From: an uncultured Planctomycetales bacterium
Lineage (GTDB): Bacteria > Omnitrophota > Gorgyraeia > Gygaellales > Profunditerraquicolaceae
DNA: 64,000 bases
Assembly (NCBI GenBank): GCA_964645795.1
Contig: CAZYCL010000002.1
Coordinates: forward strand, 144,352 to 208,351
Reading direction: 5' to 3'
In this document: positions 51,240-59,844 of the stretch, piece by piece
How positions within the stretch are numbered: the stretch's first letter is position 1
How the letters are laid out: each line of letters begins with the position of its first letter
Notes under the pieces: generated by a model
The model's database searches: none
Told to the model about the DNA's origin: nothing
What the model saw: the letters and a program-made list of their open reading frames with translations, nothing else
Position numbers and translations under genes: made by a program

Positions 51240-52099
51240 CTTGATCCCCCGATCTCATCTATTATCCTAGCCATGGTAAAATCATTCTCGGTAAGCCCTC
51301 CGGCAGCATGCGTAGTAAGGATGACTTTAAGCTTGCCGTAACTCAAAAAAAACGCCGGATGATGGCCTTCTTCCTCCGCTACTACCGAAAGGATATCCAG
51401 GAAATATTTTGCGTCCGAGAAGTTCGGATACTTGAATTCTTTGGCCAGCTTCCTGTCCTCGATCAGCTCCCACCCTCGGCTTTGCGCCATGAGCTTTTCG
51501 ATCTTTTCTTTGGCTAAAGGCTTGATCTGGCCCTCGCAAGGCCTGCAATGCCCGCAGCCATCCTCGGCAAAATGCGCCTGCGGACTGTTAACCGCCTCCT
51601 CTAAAGCGGCAAAGGCCTTGTCGAAATCGACCGCCTGGGTTATCTCGGGAGCGACTTGGGCGTAGCGAACAACGTTGTTCTTATCCAAAATCACCACAGC
51701 CCTGGCCAAAAGGTTCAACTCCTGGATCAACAGGCCGTAATTGATGCCGAAAGACGAACTCTTGTAATCCGAAAGGACTACTTCGTTCTTTATGTCATTC
51801 AGGGAGCAGAATCGCGCCTGGGCAAAAGGAAGGTCTTTGCTGATCCCGATGACTATGACCTCCTCCGACAGGCCTGCTGCCCTTTTATTGAACTCTTTGA
51901 CCTGCAGGTCGCAAACCGGAGTATCCAGAGATGGAAATGCGTTGATAACCTTGACCCTTCCCTGAAAATCCTTCAGGGTCTTCTCCTGAAGATTGATTGC
52001 GCAGACCTTAAACCCCGGTGCCGATACCCCGGTTCTCAAAGGCCTGCCGATCAATGTCAGGGGACTGCCTTTAAAGGTGACTTTACCGGGCATGGGCAT
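51236..52099 (-). CDS. Fusion protein: thiol peroxidase (Tpx, atypical 2-Cys peroxiredoxin) fused to pterin-4a-carbinolamine dehydratase (PCD/DCoH)
   Basis: N-terminal ~165 aa carry the Tpx pattern, including the peroxidatic Cys in FPSLDTPVCD. A CGHCRPC linker follows. The C-terminal ~100 aa carry the PCD signature EEEGHHPAFFLSY...TTHAAGGLT. Confidence 0.75.
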   Translation of the reverse strand: MPMPGKVTFKGSPLTLIGRPLRTGVSAPGFKVCAINLQEKTLKDFQGRVKVINAFPSLDTPVCDLQVKEFNKRAAGLSEEVIVIGISKDLPFAQARFCSLNDIKNEVVLSDYKSSSFGINYGLLIQELNLLARAVVILDKNNVVRYAQVAPEITQAVDFDKAFAALEEAVNSPQAHFAEDGCGHCRPCEGQIKPLAKEKIEKLMAQSRGWELIEDRKLAKEFKYPNFSDAKYFLDILSVVAEEEGHHPAFFLSYGKLKVILTTHAAGGLTENDFTMARIIDEIGGSR

Positions 52100-52259
52100 C
52101 TCCTTTTGTACTGATATAGATTTTTGCTTTTAAATCTGAAAGCGGTCTAAATGATTACAGTGATTCCAAAATTGATTAGGTGCAACGGTGAGATTTTAGT
52201 CACCGTGATCAGCTCCTTTAAATCACTGGAATCATTTTTAATTTTTTCTTATTTTCCGC

Positions 52260-52418
52260 TTATATCTTCTCGAATTGATCTTTGCCTACTCCGCACTCGG
52301 GGCAGGTCCAGGAATCCGGGAGCTGCTGGAAAGGCGTGCCGGGCTTTATTCCTTGAGTCGAGTCGCCCGCAGCCGGATCATATACATAACCGCAGACCGT
52401 GCAACGATACTTGTCCAT
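52260..52418 (-). CDS. rub: Rubredoxin, absent from the ORF track
   Basis: 52-aa [55 protein letters not shown]. Both CxxCG and CPxCG knuckles are present. A strong SD (AAGGAGGAATGAT) precedes the ATG. Confidence 0.9.
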   Translation of the reverse strand: MDKYRCTVCGYVYDPAAGDSTQGIKPGTPFQQLPDSWTCPECGVGKDQFEKI

Positions 52419-52419
52419 A

Positions 52420-53154
52420 TCATTCCTCCTTCTTCAATATCCTGACCTCAACCTTACCCTTAAGGAGCTTTTCGAACTGCTGGGCGTCGCTTAGCTGACC
52501 CACTACGCCGGCCCCGTAATGCATGGGAATGGCGATGCCGGGCTTTATCAAAAGTGCAGCCTGCGCAGCCTCCTCGGCGGTCATGACATAGATGCCGCTG
52601 ACGGGAAGGAGCGCGATATCCGCCTTGATGTTCTTCATCTCAGGTATTAGATCGGTATCGCCGGCGTGATACAAAGAAACGCCGTCTATCTTTACGATAT
52701 AACCGAGCTTTCCGGATTCCTTGAGATGGAACTGCTTGCCGATATTATAGCTGGCGACGGCAATAACATCGAAGCCGCCCATACTGAAGCTTTCCCCCGG
52801 CGATAAGGCCTTGAGCTGACCGTAGGCGAAGTTTGCCGAACGCACCTTCTGGGCCACAGCCTTGTCGGTAATTATCAGCGTATCCTTGGTACTAAGCAAG
52901 GCCACATCCGCAGGAGAGTAGTGGTCGAAATGTTCGTGAGTTATCAGGATAATATCGGCCTTCCTGGCCTGAGGGCTTAACTTGAAAGGGTCAAAGTATA
53001 TAATCTTAGAGGCATCCAGCCGAAAGGCGTCGTGGCCCAACCAATGCAACTTTTCCAACATGGCTCGCCCTCCTTTTCCGGCAACACAGGCGGAATTTAC
53101 GGAAAAAAATATAACCAGAAACGCGCATAAACGCACAAAGAAACGCTTTGTCAT
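52420..53154 (-). CDS. Secreted MBL-fold metallo-hydrolase
   Basis: 244 aa. Signal peptide followed by the ITHEHFDH metallo-beta-lactamase motif. Confidence 0.8.
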   Translation of the reverse strand: MTKRFFVRLCAFLVIFFSVNSACVAGKGGRAMLEKLHWLGHDAFRLDASKIIYFDPFKLSPQARKADIILITHEHFDHYSPADVALLSTKDTLIITDKAVAQKVRSANFAYGQLKALSPGESFSMGGFDVIAVASYNIGKQFHLKESGKLGYIVKIDGVSLYHAGDTDLIPEMKNIKADIALLPVSGIYVMTAEEAAQAALLIKPGIAIPMHYGAGVVGQLSDAQQFEKLLKGKVEVRILKKEE

Positions 53155-53198
53155 CGAGGTTCAGTTTTTAAATAACTGCCTGCCGCCGGACGCTTATA

Positions 53199-53555
53199 TT
53201 AACGCTGGAACTTTTCCTTAGGGCAGGGAAAAGTGGCCTTTTTCTCTTTGCCGCCGGCCATCTGATCCTGGCCGTGCATCTCTTGGAACATCTTCATGTG
53301 CCAGCCGCTAGCATAGGCCCTGGACATCATATGCATGGTCCGGTTAAAAGGATACTTACCCGTTATAAGGATATGCGAGCCGGCAAATATCAGAAGAAGC
53401 ACCGAAATCCATAAGAAGGACGCCACGACATAGCCGAACCTCTTAAGGTCCTTTGAGGCAGCTTTACGAATAGCAAACAGAACAAAGAAACTGATAGAAA
53501 GCAGCACTGACGCAGGGATTATTACAAAAAACCCCATCCATCGCCCAAGACCCAT
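53199..53555 (-). CDS. Small two-TM membrane protein with a Met/His-rich C-terminal tail
   Basis: Start chosen at MGLGRWMGFF, which is preceded by AAGGAGG. The tail HMMSRAYASGWHMKMFQEMHGQDQM resembles Met/His-rich metal-binding motifs. Confidence 0.5.
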   Translation of the reverse strand: MGLGRWMGFFVIIPASVLLSISFFVLFAIRKAASKDLKRFGYVVASFLWISVLLLIFAGSHILITGKYPFNRTMHMMSRAYASGWHMKMFQEMHGQDQMAGGKEKKATFPCPKEKFQR

Positions 53556-53636
53556 CTTGCCTCCTTTGTTAAAATTTCCCGGACCGGCCTTCTCTCTTAG
53601 CCGACCCCCTGTCAACAAGCATGATACGATCGGCTT

Positions 53637-54032
53637 TTAGATCGTGCTTATCTTTTTTGAGCTTTGCCAAAGCCCGTGGATATTACAATATGCGCCGGCC
53701 AGGATCGCGCCGGGCTTATCGGTTTTAAAGCTTGTAGTAACTTGCGGATGGGTAAATATGCTGCTGGTATTGGGCCCTTGGACCGATTCCCCGTGGGCAT
53801 TGAACTCGAACCTGCCTACTTCAAAAGGGAACTTCTCTCCTTCGGGATGAAAGTATACCTCTATCCAGCGTATATGATGCTCGGTGGTGTTGGGATGGGG
53901 TATCTCTTTGCCTACGCTAACATCAACCTTCAAGAATTCGCCTTTTTTTACCGTATCCGCAGACTCGATCACCGGCACGTGCTTCTCGCTTTTCCAGTCC
54001 GCGCTCTGAAATAAACTTCCTAACTCGGCCAT
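53637..54032 (-). CDS. sor: Superoxide reductase (1Fe-SOR/neelaredoxin-type desulfoferrodoxin family)
   Basis: 131 aa. EKHVP motif and the C-terminal CNIHG iron ligands. Confidence 0.85.
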   Translation of the reverse strand: MAELGSLFQSADWKSEKHVPVIESADTVKKGEFLKVDVSVGKEIPHPNTTEHHIRWIEVYFHPEGEKFPFEVGRFEFNAHGESVQGPNTSSIFTHPQVTTSFKTDKPGAILAGAYCNIHGLWQSSKKISTI

Positions 54033-54068
54033 TTCGTCCTCCTTTTACCAGCGGTAATTATACACCCT

Positions 54069-55172
54069 CTAGAAGCTGGCTTTCAACATATTCTCTTCGA
54101 TGGAAGATATCTCTTTTTTGAGCATATCGGGAAGGGTAAGCACATCCACATCCATGAAGCCGCGCACGATTATGGACTGCGCCTGATCTTCGGAAAATCC
54201 CCGGCTGGTAAGATATTCTATCTCATCCTTATTGATCTTGCCTATGGCTGCTTCGTGGGACATGTCCACATCGCGATAATCGCTCTCCATCTCGGGGATG
54301 GCGTGGATCGTGCCTTTTTCGGAAAGGATCAGCCCCCGGCACTCAAGATGCCCTTTGATCTGGGGGCTTTCGGCCTTAAGGTGGCCGCGGTTGATAACCT
54401 TGCCTCCCATGCTTACGGTGCGCGCGATGATCTCCGCCTGCGTCCCGGGAGAGCGCAATATGACCCGCGAGCCGATATCCTGAAGCGAGTCCGGATGCGA
54501 TAATATCAGGGAGTTGAAGCTTGCCCTGGCATTCTCTCCCTCGAGGACCGCGGTCGGATACATGGTGATCTCCTTGACCGGCCGCAGGCATATATAATTG
54601 GAGATAAAAGACGCACTACTCTCGAGCAGCGCGATGCTCATCGGCTTGACCGATACATCCTTCTTCCAGGAGTGTATCATAGTAAAATTGAGATACCCGC
54701 CCTTCTTTACAAAAAACTCTGAAAGCCCCAGATGAAAACCTTCGTCCGCGGCCCTGGAAGCGGAGCAGCCGGTAATAAGATAAGCTTTGGCGCCCTCCTC
54801 GATGATAATTACGTTGTGCACCCTTTGCTTAAAACCCTGGGCCTTCAAAAAAAGACAGGCCTGGATGGGAAGCTCTATCGCCTGGTTCTTTCTTACCCGG
54901 ATAAAATAACCGCCGTTGGTATCCTGCGGGTACTCCCTGCCGAGGGACCTAAAAGCCTTGCCGTAATAATCTTTTGCCTCGGGGATCTCCTTTAAAGCCT
55001 CTTCCACGCTCATAATGTCCACGCCTTTCAGGAAAGAACCGTGGAACTCGACCTTTCCGTCCTGCTGCAGGAAACTTGCGGAACGGGTCTTCTCGCTAAG
55101 GTCCATCCCCGAAGAAGAGATTATGTCCTTATCCTGGAGATCGATATTATCAGTTAACTCTTTGCGGCTCAT
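54069..55172 (-). CDS. sufB: SufB/SufD family Fe-S cluster assembly protein
   Basis: SufBD beta-helix family. Start moved to MSRKEL, which is preceded by AAGGAG; the ORF-track start is 21 nt further upstream. Overlaps the sufC 3' end. Confidence 0.75.
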   Translation of the reverse strand: MSRKELTDNIDLQDKDIISSSGMDLSEKTRSASFLQQDGKVEFHGSFLKGVDIMSVEEALKEIPEAKDYYGKAFRSLGREYPQDTNGGYFIRVRKNQAIELPIQACLFLKAQGFKQRVHNVIIIEEGAKAYLITGCSASRAADEGFHLGLSEFFVKKGGYLNFTMIHSWKKDVSVKPMSIALLESSASFISNYICLRPVKEITMYPTAVLEGENARASFNSLILSHPDSLQDIGSRVILRSPGTQAEIIARTVSMGGKVINRGHLKAESPQIKGHLECRGLILSEKGTIHAIPEMESDYRDVDMSHEAAIGKINKDEIEYLTSRGFSEDQAQSIIVRGFMDVDVLTLPDMLKKEISSIEENMLKASF

Positions 55173-55875
55173 GGCACTCCTTGCACTTCTCATACCCCTG
55201 TTTCCTTATGCTGGCGAACATCTCCTTAGGATCCCCTACGCACCAGAGCCTGCCGCCGATCATCACGCAACCCTTTTTTGACTTAATATAATCCAGGATG
55301 TAGCCGGTATGGGTAATGATCAGGGCGGATTTATGCCCCTGCTTAAGGTAGTTGTTAAGCACCTCTCCCATCAGCGCGATATTCTCAAGATCCACCCCCG
55401 ACTCAGGCTCATCCAGGAGGAGCAGGTCCGGATCCTGCAGCATAAGCTGATAAAGCTCGCAACGTTTCATCTCGCCGCCGGAGAAATTCAGGTTGATATC
55501 CCTGCCTAAATGCCCCTCCAGCGACAACCTTTGGCTAAGCTCTTCTTTCTTACGCGCATCCGTAGAAAGAAAATCCGCTACCTGCCCAAGCTTTACGCCC
55601 CTGATCTTCGGCGGATGCTGGTACATTATACCTATGCCCGAATCAACCCGCTCCTTGGTAGAAAGACCGTTGATCCTTTTGCCCTTGAACAGAATGTCTC
55701 CGCTCTTTACGTTGTAGCCGCCGAACCCCATGATCGCCTTGATCAGCGTGGATTTGCCGCTGCCGTTGGGGCCAAAAAGCACAGCTACCTCGCCTTTTTC
55801 TATGCCTAAAGTGATATCCTTAAGTATCGTCTTTTCGGCGCTCTCAACCGTAAGGTTATTGACTTCCAGCAGCAT
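55150..55875 (-). CDS. sufC: Fe-S cluster assembly ATPase SufC
   Basis: 241 aa ABC ATPase with Walker A GPNGSGKST, the LSGGEMKR signature and Walker B LLLLDEPESG. Confidence 0.9.
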   Translation of the reverse strand: MLLEVNNLTVESAEKTILKDITLGIEKGEVAVLFGPNGSGKSTLIKAIMGFGGYNVKSGDILFKGKRINGLSTKERVDSGIGIMYQHPPKIRGVKLGQVADFLSTDARKKEELSQRLSLEGHLGRDINLNFSGGEMKRCELYQLMLQDPDLLLLDEPESGVDLENIALMGEVLNNYLKQGHKSALIITHTGYILDYIKSKKGCVMIGGRLWCVGDPKEMFASIRKQGYEKCKECHEPQRVN

Positions 55876-55900
55876 CTCTTTCTCCTTGCCATTACAACGC

Positions 55901-57190
55901 TTACTTCTTCAGTATGGCCGCCAGGTCCTCTTCGGGGGTAGTGATAAGTTTGAGATCAAACTTCTCCTGCAGTATCTTAAGGACATTGGGCGTGATAAAA
56001 GCCGGAGCTGACGGCCCCAGCCTTATGCCTTTAATACCAAGATAGAACAAAGTAAGCAGAATGGCAACAGCTTTTTGTTCATACCAGGAAAGGACCAGCG
56101 ACAGCGGCAGGTCGTTCACCGGACAGCCAAAGGCCTTGCTCAGGGCCAAAGCCACCTGTATGGCGGAGAAGGCGTTATTGCACTGTCCGATATCGATAAG
56201 CCGCGGTATGCCGTCGATCTCGCCGAAATCAAGCTTATTGAAACGGTACTTGCCGCAGGCAAGGGTCAGTATAACGCAGTCCTTGGGAACTTTCTCGGCA
56301 AACTCGGTGTAATAGTTCCTTCCCGGTTTTGCCCCGTCGCAGCCGCCGATAAGGAAGAAATGCCTGATCTTGCCGCTCTTTACCGCGGCAACAATCTTAT
56401 CCGCCAGGCCCAAGATTACAGTATGATGGAAACCGGTAAATATTTTTTTACCCGGCGCCTCCTCCAGGCCTCCAAGCCCCAAAGCCTTCTTAATTACCGC
56501 GGAAAAATCTTTCCTGTCTACATGCTGCGCCCCGGCGACTCCGGTAATACCGATAGTAAACAGCCTGTCAAGATAGGAATTCTCGGGAGGGGTCTGAACG
56601 CAATTGGAAGTTGCCAGTATGGCGCCCCTAAAAGCCGCGAACTCCTTTTTCTGCTCCTGCCAGGCCCCTCCGTAATTTCCAGCCAGATGCCTGAATTTCT
56701 TTAACTCGGGGTAGGCGTGCGCCGGCAACATCTCTCCGTGAGTATAGACGTTGACCCCCTTGCCTTCTGTCTGTTTTAAAAGCTCAAAAAGATCCAGCAG
56801 GTCATGGCCGGTCACCAGGATCGCCGGCCCCTTCTTTAATCCGGTATCGACCTGGGTGGGAACGGGGTTGCCGAACCTGCCGGTATGCGCCTTATCCAAA
56901 AGCTCCATGACCCGAAGATTTATCTGCCCGCAACGCAGCACCATCTCCAGGTATTGGCCGATATCAAAGGATACATTGGTCAGCGTCTTGAATAACGCCT
57001 CGTGGACAAACGCGTCCACCGCGTCGTCCTTGGCGCCCAGCTCCCTGGCATGATAAGCGTATGCCGCGATCCCTTTAAGGCCGAACAACAAAGTATCTTG
57101 TAAGCTTTGTATATCCGGGTCCTTGCCGCAAACCCCTATCCTTGTACAACCTGTGCCGCCTGCCGTCTGTTCACACTGATAACAAAACAT
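55901..57190 (-). CDS. hcp: Hybrid-cluster protein (hydroxylamine reductase), short class
   Basis: Start set at MFCYQCEQTAGGTGCTRIGVCGK, the N-terminal Cys cluster, which is preceded by GGAGGGG. The ORF-track 28-aa N-extension (GTVPGTGPGTVP) is a translation of the 37-bp palindrome. Confidence 0.9.
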   Translation of the reverse strand: MFCYQCEQTAGGTGCTRIGVCGKDPDIQSLQDTLLFGLKGIAAYAYHARELGAKDDAVDAFVHEALFKTLTNVSFDIGQYLEMVLRCGQINLRVMELLDKAHTGRFGNPVPTQVDTGLKKGPAILVTGHDLLDLFELLKQTEGKGVNVYTHGEMLPAHAYPELKKFRHLAGNYGGAWQEQKKEFAAFRGAILATSNCVQTPPENSYLDRLFTIGITGVAGAQHVDRKDFSAVIKKALGLGGLEEAPGKKIFTGFHHTVILGLADKIVAAVKSGKIRHFFLIGGCDGAKPGRNYYTEFAEKVPKDCVILTLACGKYRFNKLDFGEIDGIPRLIDIGQCNNAFSAIQVALALSKAFGCPVNDLPLSLVLSWYEQKAVAILLTLFYLGIKGIRLGPSAPAFITPNVLKILQEKFDLKLITTPEEDLAAILKK

Positions 57191-57208
57191 AATCCCCTCC
57201 GCTCTTTT

Positions 57209-57245
57209 GGGGACGGTTCCGGGACCTGTCCCCGGAACCGTCCCC
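57209..57245. repeat. 37-bp palindromic element, copy 2
   Basis: Identical GGGGACGGTTCCGGGACCTGTCCCCGGAACCGTCCCC, located 18 bp upstream of the hcp ATG. Confidence 0.85.
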
Positions 57246-57249
57246 AATA

Positions 57250-57477
57250 TTAGTTTCCTTTGAGCTGCTTCCACTTTTCTTCACCAACGCACTCCCGCGC
57301 GAAATTGCACCAATCTATACAGGAAGGAAGCCTGTCCTTACAGGCGAGGTTGCCGCACTTCGGGCACTTGACTTTGAGCTCATCGGAAAATATCTCTACT
57401 TTGTAGCCGCAAACCCGGCATATGAGCTCTTCGGGTCTGATGTTCCTTGCATCCTGCCCCGGGCATCTGGCAGTCAT
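57250..57477 (-). CDS. Small Cys-rich (zinc-ribbon-like) protein
   Basis: 75 aa with nine Cys in CxxC pairs (CRVCG, CPKCG, CIDWC). Its start overlaps the upstream gene's stop by 4 nt. Confidence 0.55.
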   Translation of the reverse strand: MTARCPGQDARNIRPEELICRVCGYKVEIFSDELKVKCPKCGNLACKDRLPSCIDWCNFARECVGEEKWKQLKGN

Positions 57478-58280
57478 TTTATATCTCCTTTAATACTTAT
57501 ATTCACTTCCTTAAAAGGTATGTCTTTGCCTGATTCAGCCAATTCCTGTTGAATAACCTTGATGAGCCCGAAGCAACAGGGTACCTCCATATGGGCATAG
57601 GTTATGGATTTTAAATCGTTGTTTTTTACTATCCGGCCGATCTTTTCTTTATATACATTTATGTCATCGAGCTTGGGACAGCCGACTAATAAAACCTTAC
57701 CCCGCAGCAGATCCTGGTGGAAGTTGGCGTAAGCAAACGGAACGCAATCCGCAGCGATTAGAAGGTGCGCGCCATCAAAGAATGAAGCATCCGGTGAAAC
57801 CAGCATTATCTGCACCGGCCACTGCATGAGCTCGGAACCAACTTTGGTATCTGCGGCCTTACCGGCTTTTTTGTCCTTACGCAGGTCTATATGTGCAGAT
57901 CCCGCACAGCCGCAGGCAGATCCAGCTGCAGGAACGGCTATATTATGCTCCTTTAAATAATCCAGGGCTTGCTGAAAAAGCTTGGCCTGATTATGAGACT
58001 TTAAATGGCCCAGGTGCGCTTTGATCACATTCGCACCCTGTTTTACTATGTTGGCCATTACCTTCTTTTCATCGTAATCGCCTGCCTGCCGTTCTTCTAT
58101 TTTTATCGCACCCTGCGGACAATGGCCGATGCAGGCCCCCAGTCCGTCGCAAAACAGGTCGCTCACCAGAGTAGCCTTACCGTCGATCATCTGTATCGCG
58201 CCTTCCGGACAATTCGGGATACAAAGGCCGCATCCGTTACATTTATCCCGGTCTATATTTATGATCTTCCTCTTTGTCAT
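57474..58280 (-). CDS. 4Fe-4S dicluster ferredoxin-domain protein with a C-terminal Cys-containing domain
   Basis: 268 aa. CNGCGLCIPNCP and CDGLGACIGHCP motifs, plus further Cys clusters (CGCAGSAH, VPCCFG). Confidence 0.7.
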   Translation of the reverse strand: MTKRKIINIDRDKCNGCGLCIPNCPEGAIQMIDGKATLVSDLFCDGLGACIGHCPQGAIKIEERQAGDYDEKKVMANIVKQGANVIKAHLGHLKSHNQAKLFQQALDYLKEHNIAVPAAGSACGCAGSAHIDLRKDKKAGKAADTKVGSELMQWPVQIMLVSPDASFFDGAHLLIAADCVPFAYANFHQDLLRGKVLLVGCPKLDDINVYKEKIGRIVKNNDLKSITYAHMEVPCCFGLIKVIQQELAESGKDIPFKEVNISIKGDIK

Positions 58281-58293
58281 GGATCTCCTGCCC

Positions 58294-58689
58294 CTAATAA
58301 ATACCGGCTATATTTATGGACCTGAGCTCACCGATAACCATCTTTTCTATCTCATCAATCTTCTTTTTTAAACGGCATACCTTGATATTGGGGCATATCT
58401 TTTTCTTCAAAAAACATTCGTTGATCTTAAGCGGCCCCTGAAAGATTCGCATCAGGTCCGTAAGATATATCGAGCCGGCAGGCAGCCCCAGGCTAAAACC
58501 CCCTCCCTGACCCTTGGAGGAAATAAGTATGCGGTTCTTCGCCAGCTGTTGAAGCAGCCTTCTTAAAAATGGCCTGGGCACCTTAAGCACCTTTACCAGC
58601 TCCCTGACAGAAACCACTTTCTTATCCTGTTTAGCTATGAAACACAGCGCGCGCAGCGCATAATCCGTATCCCTGGTTATCAGCTTCAT
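58294..58689 (-). CDS. Rrf2 family transcriptional regulator (NsrR/IscR-like, three conserved Cys)
   Basis: 131 aa. N-terminal winged helix-turn-helix (YALRALCFIA) and a C-terminal CFLKKKICPNIKVC cluster-ligand pattern. Confidence 0.85.
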   Translation of the reverse strand: MKLITRDTDYALRALCFIAKQDKKVVSVRELVKVLKVPRPFLRRLLQQLAKNRILISSKGQGGGFSLGLPAGSIYLTDLMRIFQGPLKINECFLKKKICPNIKVCRLKKKIDEIEKMVIGELRSINIAGIY

Positions 58690-59163
58690 CGTTTACCTTT
58701 TTTTTGCATTGTTCTCATATTAACTATTAGCAGCCCCCTGCCCACTTGATTGTTACATGAGCAGGAGGCGACCAATCTTAAAGCTTGCGTCTTTTACCAA
58801 GACCCAAGGGGCAGTTTTCCCGCATCTGGATCGGTTATACTGGCGGGATCCCGCTTTCAGAAGGATCATTGAGCGGGATGCGTCATGCCCAGGACAATTT
58901 AGAGCAGCCTTCCTTACAGTGCGCTACGGGCCTAAGCATGTATCTGACAGTTATATCCATTTTTCACCTCCTTTGTGCACAAGCACGCACCGGCCTATCC
59001 TATAAGGCCGAATGTTGCCTGCCTTGCCAACGCCCGCGCAATTCTGCGCTGCCTTGCGCATACTGGCGCAACTCCTATTAACGCCAGGCACCTATTAGCG
59101 CGGGGTGGCTTCAAATGTAATGATATCACATTAGTATCATTTGTCAAGAAAAAAATTTCTTTT

Positions 59164-59454
59164 TTACGCAATTATCGCGAGGGCGTCTCTGACAGGCTGG
59201 CCCCGAAGGATGCCGAGCTTCTGGGCAGCCGAACTGCAGGATTCTACCTGCGCCTCCAGGGCCTCTTCTATGGTCGATACGCCGGTAATCCTGACCGCGG
59301 CTTCTTTGAGCTTCTCCGCCACCTCCATGTTCAGATATCCGCACATGATGTAGCCTTTAGAGCCGCGCAACACAATCAGGCTCCTGTCGCAAAGCTGCAT
59401 TGCCAGGGCCTCAACGGTTGCCTCGCCTGCCTTTATTTCTTTGTGCACAAACAA
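59164..59454 (-). CDS. DUF1805 (YunC-like) protein
   Basis: 96 aa. The GYIMCGYLNM motif matches the YunC-family GYIMCGAL motif. Its 5' end overlaps mazG by 44 nt; an alternative start at M19 (59400) avoids the overlap. Confidence 0.55.
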   Translation of the reverse strand: MFVHKEIKAGEATVEALAMQLCDRSLIVLRGSKGYIMCGYLNMEVAEKLKEAAVRITGVSTIEEALEAQVESCSSAAQKLGILRGQPVRDALAIIA

Positions 59455-59827
59455 AACGCTTCTCCTCTCTTTTTATCTTCTGCCAATTCGCGATGATCTC
59501 ATCGGCCGAGCTTACTTTTGTTCTTCCAAAGACGTGCGGATGCCGGCGCCTGAGCTTCGCGATGAGCCCGGCGATCACCTCTTCTATATCGAATTTACCG
59601 CACTTAGAGGCGATCTGGGCATGAAACATCACGTGCAACAAGATGTCTCCGAGCTCCTCTTGCATATTAGAGTAATGCCCCCTTTTTACCTCTGCGATAA
59701 ACTCGCCGACCTCTTCCCGAAGGCCGGAAAGGATGCTGCGGTGGGTCTGCTTTTTATCCCACATACAGCCTTTGGGGCCGTGCAGAATCTTAAATATCTT
59801 TTTTAACTTGGTGAAGTTGGTTTTCAT
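59411..59827 (-). CDS. mazG: MazG-like nucleoside triphosphate pyrophosphohydrolase (small form)
   Basis: 138 aa with the EEVGE...EELGD pattern of the MazG EEXX(E/D) helices. Confidence 0.8.
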   Translation of the reverse strand: MKTNFTKLKKIFKILHGPKGCMWDKKQTHRSILSGLREEVGEFIAEVKRGHYSNMQEELGDILLHVMFHAQIASKCGKFDIEEVIAGLIAKLRRRHPHVFGRTKVSSADEIIANWQKIKREEKRFVCAQRNKGRRGNR

Positions 59828-59844
59828 TTGTTTATAATTACCGG

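Noticed and set aside
57191-57274. 28-aa N-terminal extension of hcp (MEAAQRKLILGTVPGTGPGTVPKRAEGI)
   Set aside because: The GTVPGTGPGTVP stretch is the in-frame translation of the 37-bp palindrome. The conserved Hcp N-terminus starts at the internal Met, which has a good SD.`
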